From an uncultured Verrucomicrobiae bacterium (GTDB lineage Bacteria > Verrucomicrobiota > Verrucomicrobiia > Limisphaerales > Palsa-1400): a stretch of 64,000 nt of DNA. Where the stretch lies: NCBI GenBank assembly GCA_963702845.1, contig OY969763.1, positions 4,640,001 to 4,704,000 of the forward strand. The letters are read 5' to 3'. Made by a program: the position numbers and the translations under genes. Position 1 is the stretch's first letter; each line of letters opens with the position of its first letter. This document shows, in pieces, positions 1-10,647 of the stretch. Under the pieces are notes generated by a model. The model had not been told where the DNA came from. It ran no database searches and worked only from the letters and a program-made list of their open reading frames with translations.

Positions 1-1
1 G

Positions 2-193
2 ACACCAGCTTCTGACATTTCATTGAAGCTGCACGTTCCGGTAAAGAAAGTGCGTTCGGTTGAGGCGTTAACGGCGGACGAATCCGCAACGCAGGGCACG
101 GTTGAGTTCACTGCTGTGCAAGCCGAAGGCGGTTCAGACGTTTCGTTCCAGGTGCCTAGTCTGGATATTTCGACGATTATCGTTATCCAATAA
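2..193 (+). CDS. 3' end of a CDS running in from the window edge (unknown product, beta-rich C-terminus)
   Basis: Frame 2 is open from base 2 to TAA at 191-193 and reads TPASDISLKLHVPVKKV...SFQVPSLDISTIIVIQ*. Confidence 0.55.
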   Translation, partial: TPASDISLKLHVPVKKVRSVEALTADESATQGTVEFTAVQAEGGSDVSFQVPSLDISTIIVIQ

Positions 194-244
194 CCCTCAT
201 TCAGCGCGCTTGTTTCCGTATGTGCGTCGGGTAAATTCAACGTC

Positions 245-1336
245 GTGACTGCAGAAGTGACAATGGACGAGGTAGTGGAAAAGGTCTGGGCCGGAAGCCG
301 CATCAATCAAAGCGAAGCGTTGCGGCTGTATTCTTTGCCTTTGGAAGAACTCGGTGTTCTGGCCGACCGACGCCGGCAACTCACGAAGGCAAACGCCTAC
401 AACGGACGCGGGAATGAAATCATCACCTACATCGTCGACCGCAACGTTAATTACACCAACGTCTGCAACGTCTATTGCAAGTTTTGCGCTTTCTATCGCA
501 CGGAAAAAGACTCGGACGCGTACGTGATTACGTTTGAGGAGATGGACAAGAAAATCGAGGAAACCATCGCATTAGATGGCACTCAGATTCTGATGCAGGG
601 CGGTCATCATCCAAAACTTTCGATGCAGTGGTATTTGGATTTGTTGTCGCACATTAAAACGAAATTCCCGCAGGTGAATATTCATGGGTTCAGCCCTAGT
701 GAGTTCATTCATTTTCGTGAGGTATTCGGATTGCCGCTTGAGGAAATTATTTCGAAGTTCAAAGAGGCTGGACTCGGCTCTATTCCGGGCGGCGGCGGAG
801 AAATTCTAGTCGATCGTGTTCGCAAAAGGATTTCGCCATTGAAAGCGATGAGCGATGAGTGGCTCAGCGTCATGGATGTGGCGCATCGCCTTGGACTCTC
901 ATCGAGCGCGACAATGATGTTCGGCCATGTCGAAACAGTGGAAGACCGCATCGAACATCTGGAACGCGTTCGCGCCCAACAGGACAAAAGCAAAGGATTC
1001 ACCGCGTTCATCGCGTGGACGTTTCAATCTGAGAATACGATGTTGAAGGCGCCGACGGTGGGCGCGCACGAATATTTGCGCACGCAGGCGCTGGCTCGCA
1101 TCTACCTTGATAATTTCCAAAACATCCAAAGCTCGTGGGTGACGCAAGGCCCGGAAATTGGGCAGGTCGCGCTGAAATATGGCGCGAATGATTTAGGCAG
1201 CATCATGATTGAAGAAAATGTCGTTTCCCAGGCCGGGGCGACATTTCGGATGGGAGTTAAAGATATGCAGCGGTTAATCAAAGAACTCGGCTACGAGCCT
1301 CACCAGCGCGATAATTGGTATCACTTGCTGAATTAA
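245..1336 (+). CDS. mqnC: Cyclic dehypoxanthinyl futalosine synthase (radical SAM, CofH/MqnC family)
   Basis: CxxxCxxC motif (CNVYCKFCAF) after DRNVNYTN, plus SIPGGGGEIL, SATMMFGHVET, QSSWVTQG and GANDLGSIMIEENVV. Confidence 0.9.
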   Translation: MTAEVTMDEVVEKVWAGSRINQSEALRLYSLPLEELGVLADRRRQLTKANAYNGRGNEIITYIVDRNVNYTNVCNVYCKFCAFYRTEKDSDAYVITFEEMDKKIEETIALDGTQILMQGGHHPKLSMQWYLDLLSHIKTKFPQVNIHGFSPSEFIHFREVFGLPLEEIISKFKEAGLGSIPGGGGEILVDRVRKRISPLKAMSDEWLSVMDVAHRLGLSSSATMMFGHVETVEDRIEHLERVRAQQDKSKGFTAFIAWTFQSENTMLKAPTVGAHEYLRTQALARIYLDNFQNIQSSWVTQGPEIGQVALKYGANDLGSIMIEENVVSQAGATFRMGVKDMQRLIKELGYEPHQRDNWYHLLN

Positions 1337-2071
1337 ATGCATCCCGAGCCTCCAGCCCTGAGCATCGTTCTCCCCTGCTACAATGAGTCCGGCAACCTGC
1401 CGCTCCTGATTAAACTTTTGCAGGAAACAGTGGAGCCGCTGAAACTGGCGTACGAAATCGTCGTCACGGACGACTGCAGCAAAGATAATTCGTGGGAGCT
1501 TCTCAAGGAGATTACGGCGAAAGATCCACGCATTCGGGCACAACGGTTCGGGAAAAATTGTGGATTATCCGCGGCACTTTGGGCCGGCATTCAGTCGGCG
1601 CGCGGCAGGATCATCGTGACGATGGACTCGGATTTACAGAATGATCCGCGCGAATTGCCAAAGTTGCTTAAGCCATTGGACAAATACGATTGCGTTTGTG
1701 GCAGCCGCGTTGCGAGCCGAATCAAAGGAGACAATTTCATTCGCGTCGCTTCATCGCGCATCGCGAATTGGGTGAGAAACAAGCTGTCGGACGAAGACGT
1801 TTCCGACGCAGCGTGCAGCTATCGGGCCTTCAAACGCGAGTGCGTTGCTGATTTGAAATTCTTCAAGGGCATGCACCGCTTCATGGCGACGCTAGTCAAA
1901 ATGGAAGGTTTTTCGGTGGTGGAAGTGGACATTTCGACGAACCCGCGACATGCCGGCAAAGCTAATTACGGTGTCTGGAACCGCGTGTTTGTTGCGTTTC
2001 ACGATTTGCTCGCAGTGCGTTGGATGAAAAAGCGTATGTTTCCAATTCGCGTCGTCGATCGAATTAATTAG
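1337..2071 (+). CDS. Family 2 glycosyltransferase (DPM1/ArnC-like polyprenol-phosphate transferase)
   Basis: SIVLPCYNE, VTDDCSKD, TMDSDLQNDP and GMHRF motifs; starts immediately after the mqnC stop. Confidence 0.88.
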   Translation: MHPEPPALSIVLPCYNESGNLPLLIKLLQETVEPLKLAYEIVVTDDCSKDNSWELLKEITAKDPRIRAQRFGKNCGLSAALWAGIQSARGRIIVTMDSDLQNDPRELPKLLKPLDKYDCVCGSRVASRIKGDNFIRVASSRIANWVRNKLSDEDVSDAACSYRAFKRECVADLKFFKGMHRFMATLVKMEGFSVVEVDISTNPRHAGKANYGVWNRVFVAFHDLLAVRWMKKRMFPIRVVDRIN

Positions 2072-3281
2072 TCGCGCTGCCGCAATCAATATAGATGGGC
2101 AAAGAGCTGACCGTTGCTTTCTTGCTGGTGTATTTGATATCAATCGGATGTGGTGAACCCGTCGTCCATGCAGCAATCTTGCGCTTCTTGCCTGAGCTGA
2201 AAAGCAGCACGTAATCTTTGTCATCGCCCTGATCCATACGGCGATCGAGTTTGTATCCATCCAGCTCGCGAACCATGTTTCGCAGCGCAATGTAAGCTGG
2301 CTTGGGTTGTAGACTGTAGGTGACCGTTCCGAAGTTGTGCTCGTTCTCGTTCGCATCCTGGCCGTCGTTCTTCCAGTCGTACCAGATTGAAAGCGGCACG
2401 CCGTTCAGCAAATTGGAAAGTTGCTGTCGCACGATGTAAGCAGCCTGTTCGTCGAGCGATACACCGTGTGTATGGGTTGAGTAACCCCATTCCCCGCTCA
2501 GAATCGGCATATTTTTCTTTCCTGAAGGCGCGTAACGCGCGATCAACTCGCGCAACTTTTTGTAGTCTGTCGCCGCTGTTTCCGGCGGCATGCGTGGTTC
2601 GCGATAGGGATGAACAGTGATTGCATCTAAATACTGCAAAGCACCGGATTTAAATAGCGTCTCGAAAAACGGCCATTCGAAGCCAGCCATGGCCGGCGCG
2701 ACAACGGTAGCGCTCGGTTCAGCTTCATGGACTGCTTTTGCGGTCGCTAGGGCAAGAGCGGCGTACTCTTTTGCATCGGGTTTCGGTTTCCAGAAAAAGC
2801 CGTTCGGCTCATTATAAATTTCCCAAATGATGTGGTGTCCATGGAAGTGCTTTGCAGCGGCTGCAGCCCATCGGGCAAATGCAGCGATACTTTCGGGGTG
2901 ACGCGGTGACGCAGTGTGCTTCTGGGCTTCATGTGTAAACGGGTGCGTTGCATCCACCGTTTCCTCGTAGGCAGCATGAATGTAATCGAGGATGTAGATG
3001 GCGCGCATGCCGCGGCGCTCCAGGTTCGCGGTGAGTTCGTCGTAGGACTTCCAATCGTATTGGCCGCGCTTTGGTTCAGTCGACTCCCAGGAAAAATCCA
3101 TGCGGATGAACTTGAAACCACCAGCGGCAATCATATCCAGATCTTCCTTTGCGCCGGTGACAAAATGGATGTTCACACCAACGCTGTTCGGAATTGTTGC
3201 AGTTGGAATTTGCGCACGCGCTGTAAGTATTGAGATGGCCAGCGCACACAGGATAGAGCGAGTAAGCGTGAGTGGATTCAC
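2064..3281 (-). CDS. Secreted clan GH-A glycoside hydrolase (GH5/GH39-like)
   Basis: Signal peptide (…LTARA-Q), WEIYNEPN acid/base motif, ITVHPY, ILSGEWG nucleophile motif, ENEHNFG and PKPAY. Confidence 0.82.
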   Translation of the reverse strand: MNPLTLTRSILCALAISILTARAQIPTATIPNSVGVNIHFVTGAKEDLDMIAAGGFKFIRMDFSWESTEPKRGQYDWKSYDELTANLERRGMRAIYILDYIHAAYEETVDATHPFTHEAQKHTASPRHPESIAAFARWAAAAAKHFHGHHIIWEIYNEPNGFFWKPKPDAKEYAALALATAKAVHEAEPSATVVAPAMAGFEWPFFETLFKSGALQYLDAITVHPYREPRMPPETAATDYKKLRELIARYAPSGKKNMPILSGEWGYSTHTHGVSLDEQAAYIVRQQLSNLLNGVPLSIWYDWKNDGQDANENEHNFGTVTYSLQPKPAYIALRNMVRELDGYKLDRRMDQGDDKDYVLLFSSGKKRKIAAWTTGSPHPIDIKYTSKKATVSSLPIYIDCGSATN

Positions 3282-3356
3282 AGCTCATCAAATAATCACT
3301 TTCAACTGATGTGACTACTCAAATTTTCGTGATCCCGGTCAAACCCGCCAATCAAC

Positions 3357-6300
3357 TTACTTCTGCGGCTGCACACGGTAGTACCGTGAGGCATCCGGCG
3401 GATTTGGATCGTTGAACGTTGTTGTGCTCGATTGGGCGCGGATGTTCGCAACTGTGGACCAGTTCACCAGATTCGTCGACATATCGACGTTATAGGCCTG
3501 CCCGGCAATCGAGTTCCACGAGAACGCAAATGTGACATAGGCGGTCTGCGACGTGTAACTGGCCGAGCCTGAGACGACGGACGGATATGGCAACGTGCCA
3601 GCGGGCAGAACCTGCGCACAAATATCGTAGTTCACAAAGTTCGGCTCATTATTTGGCACAGCCAAATACCAGGTCCCGTTTAAACTCGGCCGGGAACTAT
3701 TCGTGCTGATCACGATTCGTTCGTCTGTAAGACCTCGGTTGAAACTTGCCGCATCGAACTGCGAAGTCGTTGGATAGTCGCCGAAACGCACCAGCAGGTC
3801 GACGTCGCCGGTCATACCAGTGACATCGAATTCGACTGCCGCATCGTTATTCGTCACCGTGAATGTGTAAATAGTATCGAAAGCAGGCCCAGGTGGGGCA
3901 AGTCATCCCAGACAAACAGGGGCCAAACGCATTGAGATCGAATACTTTGATGTAGGTATCGAATTGGTCGGCCAGAATCGTATAACTAACAACTGGATTT
4001 GTGGCGACGTTGTAAACCGCGACATACCACCTACCTGGCGTAAGCGGAACCGGCGACGAGTTCGTCGTTACGACGATAAATTCATCGTTGGTGTCCGAAT
4101 TGAAGCTGCCATAGTCGTAGCTGGTCGAGTCTGGAAGCGGCAGGTCATGGCGGATGACCATATCAACATTCGCAGTAATATTTGTTACCTCGAACACGGC
4201 AACACTGTTCGTCACGTCGAAGTAGTAATATTGGATGGTGCCGGGCGCGACGTTGGTTGTTATAGGATTGTTCACCGAGTCGTCGAGCGATGTGATCGTG
4301 AAATTCGTGTTCACGTCGAAGTCGACCTGCAAGCAGAACGTCTGGTCCTGGCTCGACAGATTTTGCACGGCGAGGAAGTAACGCTGTCCCGGCACAAGGA
4401 ACGGCGGCCCGCTGTTCTTCGAAAGCACAACCGCAGCACCGGGCGCACCAACATTTGCCATGAGATAGAAATCCCCTGCAGAAAATCCAGTTGGCAACGT
4501 GGTTTGATTGAAAATCACATTGAGCGAATTTGGACCCGGATTGTTAAGGGTATTCGTAGCGAACCTCGCGAGAGCCGGAACATCGACAGCAAAATAAGCA
4601 TAGCCGCCAGCAGGCGCGGTCGCGTTGGTGCACACCCCGGGTTCGACGGTGATCAACTGCACGTTCGTCGAGCTGTAAGTCAGGTTCAGTTCCCAATCGA
4701 GCAGTTTGCCGGCCTGACCGGCGCGCGCATCGTGAATTTCCAATGTCCAAAAACCCGAGGCCAGTTCACCGTTGAATGCACTGAGCGATTCTTCAGGGAA
4801 GAAATAATTGGCGTAATTGGTATTCGGCAATTCCTGAACGCGGATGTTATCGAACAACATCCCAAGCGGATGTCCCTCGATCGTCAGTTGGGTCACGCTG
4901 TTCGAGGCGGTGAAACCAATCGTATTGGTTACCCACGGGCCACCGGCACCTGAAACCAGTGTGTCATTCGTCGCACCATCGATGAGATAGATGATGTTCG
5001 GCAGGACGGAGGTGGTGGTGCGCTTGCCAGCGCTGCCTGCGGCGTAGATATCATATATCTCGGCGGCCGCGAGCGCCCGATTATAAATCGAGAGTTCATC
5101 AAGATTTCCGGTGAAAGGTTAAGTTCCACCGGCAACATTGACAAATGCTTTTACCGATTTCGAACGGCGCGTGTACTATGGTTGATGTCAAGCAACGCGA
5201 CCGTGTCTACGCTCGCGCCCAACACGCCATCGATATACATCGCTGGCTACCAATCCTGAGCGGGTGAATGCAACATGGTGCCAAAGGCCATCGTTAATGG
5301 CGGTTTGTGATGTAACTGGCACTCAATGCCGCAGCGACCATTGTGGCAGTCCACAGATTCGAAAGTCATCTGCCTGGTCGCGAAGACATTGCCGTTGCTT
5401 TTGCCGATATCAAAATGTCTCCAACCGACGGTTCGCAAGATTGCAGACTGTGCCGTTTTTCCATGATTATTTGTTGGGCGTTTTGTGATGAAGTTTGCAT
5501 CCAGAATTCCACCGTGAAATCGTTGGTCCTGAAATTGGCGACGTTCGTATTCGCAATGAACACGCGTATTCGTGCCGTCGAAGTGAAACGCTTTGCCCAC
5601 TTTGCCAGCATCGTAAAACGGCTGAAGCACGGTGCTGGGCGCCAGCACATTCGTAAACACGCCGTTATTGCTGCCGATAATATCGTTTGCATTGCCTTCA
5701 CCCGGCCACCAAGCAACGATGCCGGCGCCGCGATAACTGTGTGGTGAGAAGTATGTCTTACCGAGGTGAGTTGCAAACGATCTAGCAATCGCACCGGAAC
5801 CCAGCGCCAGGAAATTCGTCCCGGAATTCGCCAAAGCGGCGTCTGCAATAACACCTGCTTCATTTGTGACGACATCCCAGGCTTCAACAGTGCTGCCATT
5901 GGAATACGTGCCGGAAACCGCCGTTTCGAAACCATTCGAAAATATAACCGTATTTGAAACAACGGCATTCACCAACGAATATGGCGGTAAGGCGAACTTG
6001 ATGAGTTGACTGGCTTTGTTCGTGTCTTCGGTGAAGATCGTATAAACTGGGCCGTTCGATGTATCCAAACCGAACGCGGTCGAATTGGTGTAACCCCGGT
6101 CCTCAAACAGCATCACGTGCGTGCCTTGCGGGCTGACCAGTTCGATGGACAAATCAGACAAACGCGGGTGATCCAGGCGCAAACCAGCCTCAACTCCCAC
6201 CACTGGCAGCGCGTTCGTTATCAGGATTTGCGACGTCGTCACCGCATCATCAAGCAACACTGTTCCAGTCTTATTCGTAACCGTCTGCACCAAATCCGGC

Positions 6301-9300
6301 GTGAGGCTGCGCGTAATCGTGATATCGATTGCAATAGTCACCGGCGAACCGCTGTCGTTGTGAATTCCGTAAATCCAGAATCCACCGCTAATCGGCGGCG
6401 TATTGCTAATGTTGACATTCAACGACCCCCCTGGTGGACCAATCAACTTCGTCGCGTCATAATTGGTGGGTGATGGGAAAAAGTCTTTGCGCAGATAAAT
6501 ATCCACCGGTCCCGTGCCCGACTGATACGTGACCGCAATATTTAAGTTGGTCGTATCGTCAGGAAGGTTCAGGAAATCATAGAACCAGCCATTGCCCGCA
6601 ATTGTTCGAATCTGATGCAAAACGTTTGTGGCGGGGTTCGGATCGATCCAACCCTGAACGATGTTGACCTGGCCGGTGTGATTCAGCGCGTTATCAGTCA
6701 TCGTGTAAATCCACACGCCAAGCGCGGGCTTATCGACAAAGTCGGTTAACGAACCTGGGCCATCGGTGTGTATCCAGTCCGGTGGGCCAGTAAGCGTCTG
6801 AGTGCCTTGCTCAATGTGACCCGGATAACCGTTGCCGGTGGTGACGTCGCCTTCAGCCAGATCGTCGTACGTAAACACAAAATTCGTCCCGCCGTTTGGA
6901 ATCTGACTGGCGGTATGATTGTTCAAAACAATGGTTCTGCCGTTGTGCTGGAGCGTGCCATACAAATCGCCGAGAAGCTCGTGCGTGATCGCCTGGCTGA
7001 TGACCACACGCCGGGCGGTTGCCTTCGGATTGGAAGTCGGCACAACAACCGCAATCGCAATCACGGGCGGTCTACTGGGCAACGCCGGATCACCGTCCGG
7101 AATTACTGCCGGCACGGGTGTGAAGGTCATCTTTAGCTGTCCATTCGCGTCCGTTGAGTCGAAGGGCTGGTCAGTCGCCAAACCGTAAAACCCAAATTCA
7201 GCCGCCTGTTGGTCCTCAGCTTTGACGCCAATATAGTAGACCCGTCCCTGGACAGAATTGGTGTAGGTAACGAATTCGGTTCCGCCACGCAGCGTGGATT
7301 TATCGGCAGCATCAATCACATTGGGATCCAGGTTGAGCAACCGTGGGTCCGTTGACACATAAAGGTCGATGTCTGCGCCATCACTGCCACGCGGGGCCAC
7401 GCCTGGCGGCTCCTCCAACCGAGACTGAGACAAATTCGGCGGCAGGAAGGTCACAAACGCCACGTTGGTCGCATTCGTTTTCGTGAAATCGACATCGTTA
7501 GTGAAGATAAAGAAATGCCATTGACTGATAATGCCGTTGGTAGCACCGGTTCCTGGCGTCGACAACAGCGGCGAATTTGCGCCTACCCGTTGATACAGCA
7601 ACGCCACACCGTTAGAGGCAACCGTGATTAAACGAGTTGGTGTGAAATCAGGTGCGTTGTTCACCACTGTCGGCCGCTCGCCACCAGCGATAACCAGTGC
7701 AAAATCCTGAACAATATTGTTCGGATGTTCCGTCACCGCGTTCACGTTCACGTGCGTTGCCCGGACCGTCACCGTGTAACTACTTCCCAGCGAAAAACCC
7801 AAAGAGCCGAAAATATAAACATTCTCGACGTTATTGACGGTATCGCTGTCGGTAATAGGGCCAGCTGTTGGATCATCTGCATGAGTGAAAACATCGCCCT
7901 CTTGGAAATTATTGCCCACGAACACTTCGCCTGTCTCGAGGTTCGTCACGATCAGATCCAAATCGTTGACGAGTTTTACACCCGCCGCAGGATTGCCGGC
8001 CGGATCTGTCCAAACCAGCGAAATGCGCATTGGCGAAAATGGATCAGTGGGAGTCACGGTCCATGTCCGGCTTTCGCCGGTTGCGAGAGAATTCGAAATA
8101 CTTTGATCAAAGAAAACAGTCGGCCCAGCGTTGACGTCCATACCGGTGGGGATCGAATTTGGCAAATTCACCAGGCCCCAACCTTGGTCGTTTGCGGTAA
8201 TGCGCCGTGTTTCGAAATCGTAAATGTTACCCAACGATCGTGCGCCATTAATCAAGAGCGCTTTCATCAAAGCCGGACTAGGCGTTAGCCCCAGCCGGTT
8301 CTCAAGATAATCTTCCATCAACGCCAGCACGCCCGTAACCGCCGGTGCCGCCATGCTCGTTCCAGACTCATACCGATAAAATCTTCCGAGCCCATCGTTC
8401 AGCTTCTTCAATTCCTGAAAATAGGTGCCGAACGAATTCGTGCGCACGACGAAGATTTGCAAATCGTAAGCAATGGGTTGTGCTGTGGTGTCCTTGATTC
8501 CAACCGTCCATGCAGCTCCGCCAGTAATACCAAATGCAACCTGGCCTTTGCCGCGGAACGTCGTCGCTGTTGCCCCGGAATCAGCGTAAATGTCCATAGC
8601 CGGGAACGGATTCGGCGAAGCAGCGTTGGGGATAGTTGCGATATCCAATTCAATCGCGTCACTCGGAACGCCGATGGTATAGGTATTCGTCGCCCCAGCG
8701 GCAACAGCCTGTCCCGGGTAGCTGTGAACGTCAGCTGTCAGGAAGTTCGTCGGGTCCGTCCAGTTGGTCGACCGTGTTGAAATAATAAACACACCGGGCG
8801 CGACCACATCTGGTTTGAACCGGCCAAAATCACTTTCGATACCGATGCCGACATTACCGCGGCTCGAGAATCCAGCTACTTCAGATGAACTATCGGTCAT
8901 ACCAATCCAAACAGCATTGGTGATAAAGTTTGTGCCATCTTGATAGACGATCGTATTGGTAACGTTGCGCAAACTCTCCACCGCGCCGACTGCGATGATG
9001 TTTTTCCCGGCCGCAGGCGATAGAATTGTATCGCCGAAGGCATTTTGGCCGTTATCGGCTCCGCCGCCCTCATTACCCGCCGCGAACACATACATCATCG
9101 GCTGCGAGCCGGTCGTGCCCGGCAACGCATCGCGCACGGCCGCGTCATAACTCGCCGTTGGCATCGAATACGGATCACCGCCAAGATAGCCCCAACTGTT
9201 GTTGGAAATGCGCACTTTGGGTTGAGACGCAGCATTGGTCTGTAAATAGGTATCGGTGATGAATGGCGCTCCAAAAACGTCGATCGACTGCGCATAAATG

Positions 9301-10418
9301 CTAGCGTGGGGCGCTTTGCCGTGAAATTGCAGTGGAAAATAGTTCGGCGGGGGATTTGCTCGATCGGTTGAACCAACCGCCAACGTGACATTAGTCGACG
9401 CCGTTCCGTCGCCCGCAATAATGCCGGCAACGTGCGTGCCGTGGCCGTCGAAGTCGTTAAGAGAGAAAAGAAAATCGCCACCAACACGGTTGGTCAAATC
9501 AGGATGCAAAGCGTCAACACCAGTATCATTGACGTTGATAACAATGTTCGATCCAGTCAGGTTAAGATAATTTGGGGCAGTGGTCGAATTGGCCGCAACC
9601 CCCAATGTCTCGCGCGTTAAATCGTTTAGCCGAGCACGAGGCACCGCTGGTTCCAAGCCTTGCACCGCCGGCGATTGCGCTATATCAGCAAGACGGTTGA
9701 AGTCCACTTTTGCGATCAGACTCGGACCGAAAACCATGTTTTCCTCGGCCACAACCTCACCGCCGGCCTGAGTAATCGCATTTGCCACGCCGTCACGGCC
9801 GCCGGCAAAACCGGTGATGCGGAAAAATTGATTTGTCGCCACGGCCCCCGTCAGGATCTTTGGGTCTGCTTTGAATTGCGGTTCGTTCGGGATGACCCGC
9901 GGAAACAAGCTCGTGGCCGACGCCGGAATGACGACCAATGCCGCATTATTCGGAATGTAAGAAACAAATTTTCCTCCGACCGATTTCAACGTGTCATAAA
10001 ACGCCTTATCCAGCGGATGATCCAACTGCACGATATAACTGCCCGGCTCCCCTTTCGCGCGCCACTTTTCGGGAATCTTCAAATCAGCCAACGGCTTCGT
10101 CGTATCGATCAAAGCGTTACGCAACAAAATGGCATGACTGTCGCGTTGCAGTTCCGCAAGAGGACGCGTCGTGTTAGATACTCGGAAACTGCTCGGAGAT
10201 GGCTTGGCCGTCGCAGTGTTGGAATTCGTTTTGGCGACAGCACCAGGCCCGGTGGAAATGAGCGGTCCGTGCGCGGCTGCTTTGGGCATGGTAACCCGCT
10301 GCTTTTCGCGTGCGGCCTGATCGGCGGCACGTTTCTTTTCGCCAAAGTTCCAGAAGAACGCAGAGGCCGCGAACAACAGGAGGCTTATAGCCCACCAAAC
10401 TGAAGGTTTCAGACGCAT
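3357..10418 (-). CDS. Giant multidomain S8 (KP-43-like) subtilase, ~2350 aa, split here by indels into ORFs 5247-10418, part of 5366-5968, ~3847-5118 and 3357-~3900
   Basis: N-terminal TM segment; catalytic triad VNDTGVD / DGHGTHVAG / SGTSMAAP; KP-43 motifs (AGKNIIAVGA, FKPDVVAPG, QGWGLVNL, NDLDL, NNVE); PPC-like repeats, two P-domains and LamG. Adjacent frames join into coherent sequence (e.g. INDGLWHHVAFTR, FTGNLDELSIYNRAL, APPGPAFDTIYTFTVTNND). Confidence 0.85.
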
Positions 10419-10510
10419 AACTTACCTCGCTTGCACGTTGGCGAAGGGGAACAGGGTATCAATTCAGGCTCAAGAACACCATAGTAATTAGGCCTAAAGA
10501 GGCCTGAAAC

Positions 10511-10647
10511 AAAGCTCGAAGCCCCAACATTTAACATCCAAAAAGGATGCAAATTCCAGGCTCCAAAAATATCAGCACATCGCACCTTGAAACTTGGAGC
10601 TTGGGATTTCTCCGGAACCCGGTGCGTGATGCTTGGAATTTTCAAGT
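10511..10647. repeat. Imperfect inverted-repeat element built from degenerate 7-mers (TCCAAGC / GCTTGGA family)
   Basis: Left arm 'aaagctcgaagccccaacatttaacatccaa...ttccaggctccaaa' and right arm 'ttgaaacttggagcttgggattt...gcttggaatttt'; same family as 16977-17087. Confidence 0.65.

Noticed and set aside
4929..5144. 71-aa ORF as a separate gene
   Set aside because: Wrong frame; the LamG-coding frame (FTGNLDELSIYNRAL…) overlaps it and continues into ORF 3847-4896.
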